Virus record (IMG/VR): IMGVR_UViG_3300020283_000004
Span: 1 to 58,353 of that record
Source: a virus
Lineage: Duplodnaviria; Caudoviricetes
Length of the DNA: 58,353 nucleotides
Reading direction: 5' to 3' (one strand)
Part shown: positions 56,685-58,353 of the stretch, piece after piece
Layout of the letters: every line of letters begins with the position of its first letter
How positions within the stretch are numbered: position 1 is the first letter of the stretch
Notes under the pieces: model-generated
Databases searched by the model: none
Told to the model about the DNA's origin: nothing
The model's input: only the letters and a program-made list of their open reading frames with translations
Made by a program: the position numbers and the translations under genes

Positions 56685-56986
56685 TCAAAATCCTCGATAT
56701 CGTTTGATAAGTTATAGTCCACGTTGACTCCCTCAAGGACATCAAACTTGTGGGCTACTTTTTTCTCAGTTGGGTGGGGTGCAGTATCAATCTTTTTAAT
56801 TGATCCCCCTTCCCTTAAATACTTCTCAGTAGCACGTTGTATTTCTTCTCTCGTTACCCCCTTCTTTTTTTTAGATTGCATTGGTTCCAATGTTCTATTG
56901 AACACTATCTTCTTGTCCCTCTTCCCTCTGATCTTCGCTAACTTTTCGTCTATATTCCTCCAAGATATTCTTTCCGAGTTTGTCAT
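56681..56986 (-). CDS. Basic protein with SutA-RBD-like motif
   Basis: REEIQRATEKYLREGGSIKKI. Confidence 0.55.
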   Translation of the reverse strand: MTNSERISWRNIDEKLAKIRGKRDKKIVFNRTLEPMQSKKKKGVTREEIQRATEKYLREGGSIKKIDTAPHPTEKKVAHKFDVLEGVNVDYNLSNDIEDFE

Positions 56987-57689
56987 AGCTCCTTCCCTCT
57001 CCTAAATCCCATTGAACATGTTCACGTACTTCATCCAAAGTCATGCGAGCAGGTGATGCTTGCCTGATCCAACATCTATCAGGTGATCCAAGTGAATTGT
57101 TCACGCTGAAAAAATTATTTGTATGCTCAGAATATATAATGCCTCTGGTATCCTTGTCTCTCATATCTTGAAGAGGATCATCAGGTATCCAGAACAGAGA
57201 AGCATTGCCAGCTTCATCACGATAGTCATTGGTTCGGTAGATATTTTTTTGCCTCAAGTATATGTAGAGTTGATCCCATGCCTTGTTGATAGCAAAAGGA
57301 TTATCTTCCCAACCCACTCCGAAATCATTAACAATCATTTCCTGCACCTTTCTCCCAATGTTGAACCCAATACAAGCATTGAAGATAGTACACAGTCTAC
57401 TGTAGCTAGCGTTAGTGATTTTCCCTGACTTACGCATCCTGGTTACGGCTGACTTCAATCCACGTATCGACTTAGATTGGGACGTATGATACACCCCACC
57501 ATAGAAGTGTATGTTGAACCCATAAGACTTTAGGTTTCTAAGATCATCTTGATAATCAAGATGGGGTATTGTGTATACAGATACAGTCTTGATAGACCCA
57601 GACAACTCAGATAACTCTGACTTGATCTGGGCTTTCATAGTTTGAGCACGCAGGTCTTTCTTCAAGACCTCAGCAATATCAACTCTCAT
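56895..57689 (-). CDS. Hypothetical protein
   Basis: 264-aa ORF starting 2 nt after the VWA gene stop. Confidence 0.7.
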   Translation of the reverse strand: MRVDIAEVLKKDLRAQTMKAQIKSELSELSGSIKTVSVYTIPHLDYQDDLRNLKSYGFNIHFYGGVYHTSQSKSIRGLKSAVTRMRKSGKITNASYSRLCTIFNACIGFNIGRKVQEMIVNDFGVGWEDNPFAINKAWDQLYIYLRQKNIYRTNDYRDEAGNASLFWIPDDPLQDMRDKDTRGIIYSEHTNNFFSVNNSLGSPDRCWIRQASPARMTLDEVREHVQWDLGEGRSYDKLGKNILEEYRRKVSEDQREEGQEDSVQ

Positions 57690-57691
57690 AG

Positions 57692-58264
57692 CTATTGAAC
57701 ATAAATGGTTTCACCAAAGGGTGGATTGAAGGGAACGTCATCCCATACAATCCAGTACACATCATAGGGTGGCTTCTCATCTGGGAAGCGATCACAGTGT
57801 CCATCAGTTATGTAGACAAGTGCTCGTATGTTAAGACCTTCCTCAGCTATGTAACGAAACACAGGGCGATAGTTAGTACCACCACCACCTCTCCATTCAG
57901 GGGTCACAGGGAAGTCATGCTGATTAAACTTCTCAACATGTCTGACTTCTGAATCACATGAGATACATGTCACAGTCATCTCATAAGTAGTACCCAACCC
58001 ATTCAACTCAGCATTGAATTCATCGATTGTAGGTTGATCAACTGAACCACTTGTGTCAGTACCCCACCCAATATGACCAAGGCTCTCACCCTGCAATGAT
58101 GGAAGATAAATACCCTGCCAGACATATCGTCTGTTAGGGGGGAACCACTTCGCATCACGCTTTGAGTGACTTGCTAACTTGGCACGGATAATCTCAGTCC
58201 AAGGAACCTTGGGGTTGAGTATGTCCTGAATGAAACGCTCCATGTCCCCAGACATGTCACCTTG
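57692..58264 (-). CDS. C-terminal VWA part of the origin-spanning metallopeptidase-VWA protein
   Basis: VPW...R, PNRR, YLPS, DTSGS (MIDAS), GGGGTNYRPVF and YITDG motifs. Confidence 0.9.
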   Translation of the reverse strand, partial: QGDMSGDMERFIQDILNPKVPWTEIIRAKLASHSKRDAKWFPPNRRYVWQGIYLPSLQGESLGHIGWGTDTSGSVDQPTIDEFNAELNGLGTTYEMTVTCISCDSEVRHVEKFNQHDFPVTPEWRGGGGTNYRPVFRYIAEEGLNIRALVYITDGHCDRFPDEKPPYDVYWIVWDDVPFNPPFGETIYVQ

Positions 58265-58353
58265 TTGCTTAGCAACTTGAAACGCCTTCGCAATGGCAGT
58301 CTTGACACGAGTCTCCTCTTGCCTGATCTGTTCTTCAGAAAGACCAAGACCAC
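58265..58353. repeat. Terminal direct repeat, right copy
   Basis: 88/89 identical to bases 1-89. Confidence 0.97.

Noticed and set aside
58265-58353. Biological terminal repeat
   Set aside because: It falls mid-gene with an in-frame join, which is typical of an assembly overlap. The single mismatch is synonymous (CAG/CAA), probably population variation.

Overview
This window is an apparently complete, circularly assembled tailed-phage genome. The unique length is about 58,264 bp, because bases 1-89 recur at 58265-58353 with one mismatch. The + strand arm (7.1-46.5 kb) encodes terminase, portal, scaffold, an N4-gp56-type major capsid protein, a podovirus-like tail, a run of receptor-binding/chaperone cassettes, lysis genes, ejection proteins and a 2.9-kaa polyvalent protein. 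The - strand arm (46.5 kb through the origin to 6.8 kb) encodes SSB, an XRE HTH protein, DnaB helicase, a replication initiator, ERF plus YqaJ recombination, CsrA-like and pyrimidine-dimer-glycosylase-like proteins, a MoxR/VWA pair and many small early genes. I recognised no DNA polymerase, integrase or tRNA. The standout is a three-part - strand module at 46455-48273. A stand-alone RAMP (Cas7-like) gene is followed from its stop codon by a ~735-nt non-coding array of 7 units built on a strict 5-nt period (RNA sense NN-GGA-like, near-invariant A every fifth base, variable NN) with conserved U-rich linkers, then a 165-aa accessory gene. This looks like a non-CRISPR RNA-guided system with a gapped code. 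It resembles the VIPR architecture as I recall it, but with a GGA/xGA rather than GGY scaffold. Several intergenic regions also fold into strand-specific structured RNAs. All family calls are by-eye motif recognition, and all counts were made by hand.
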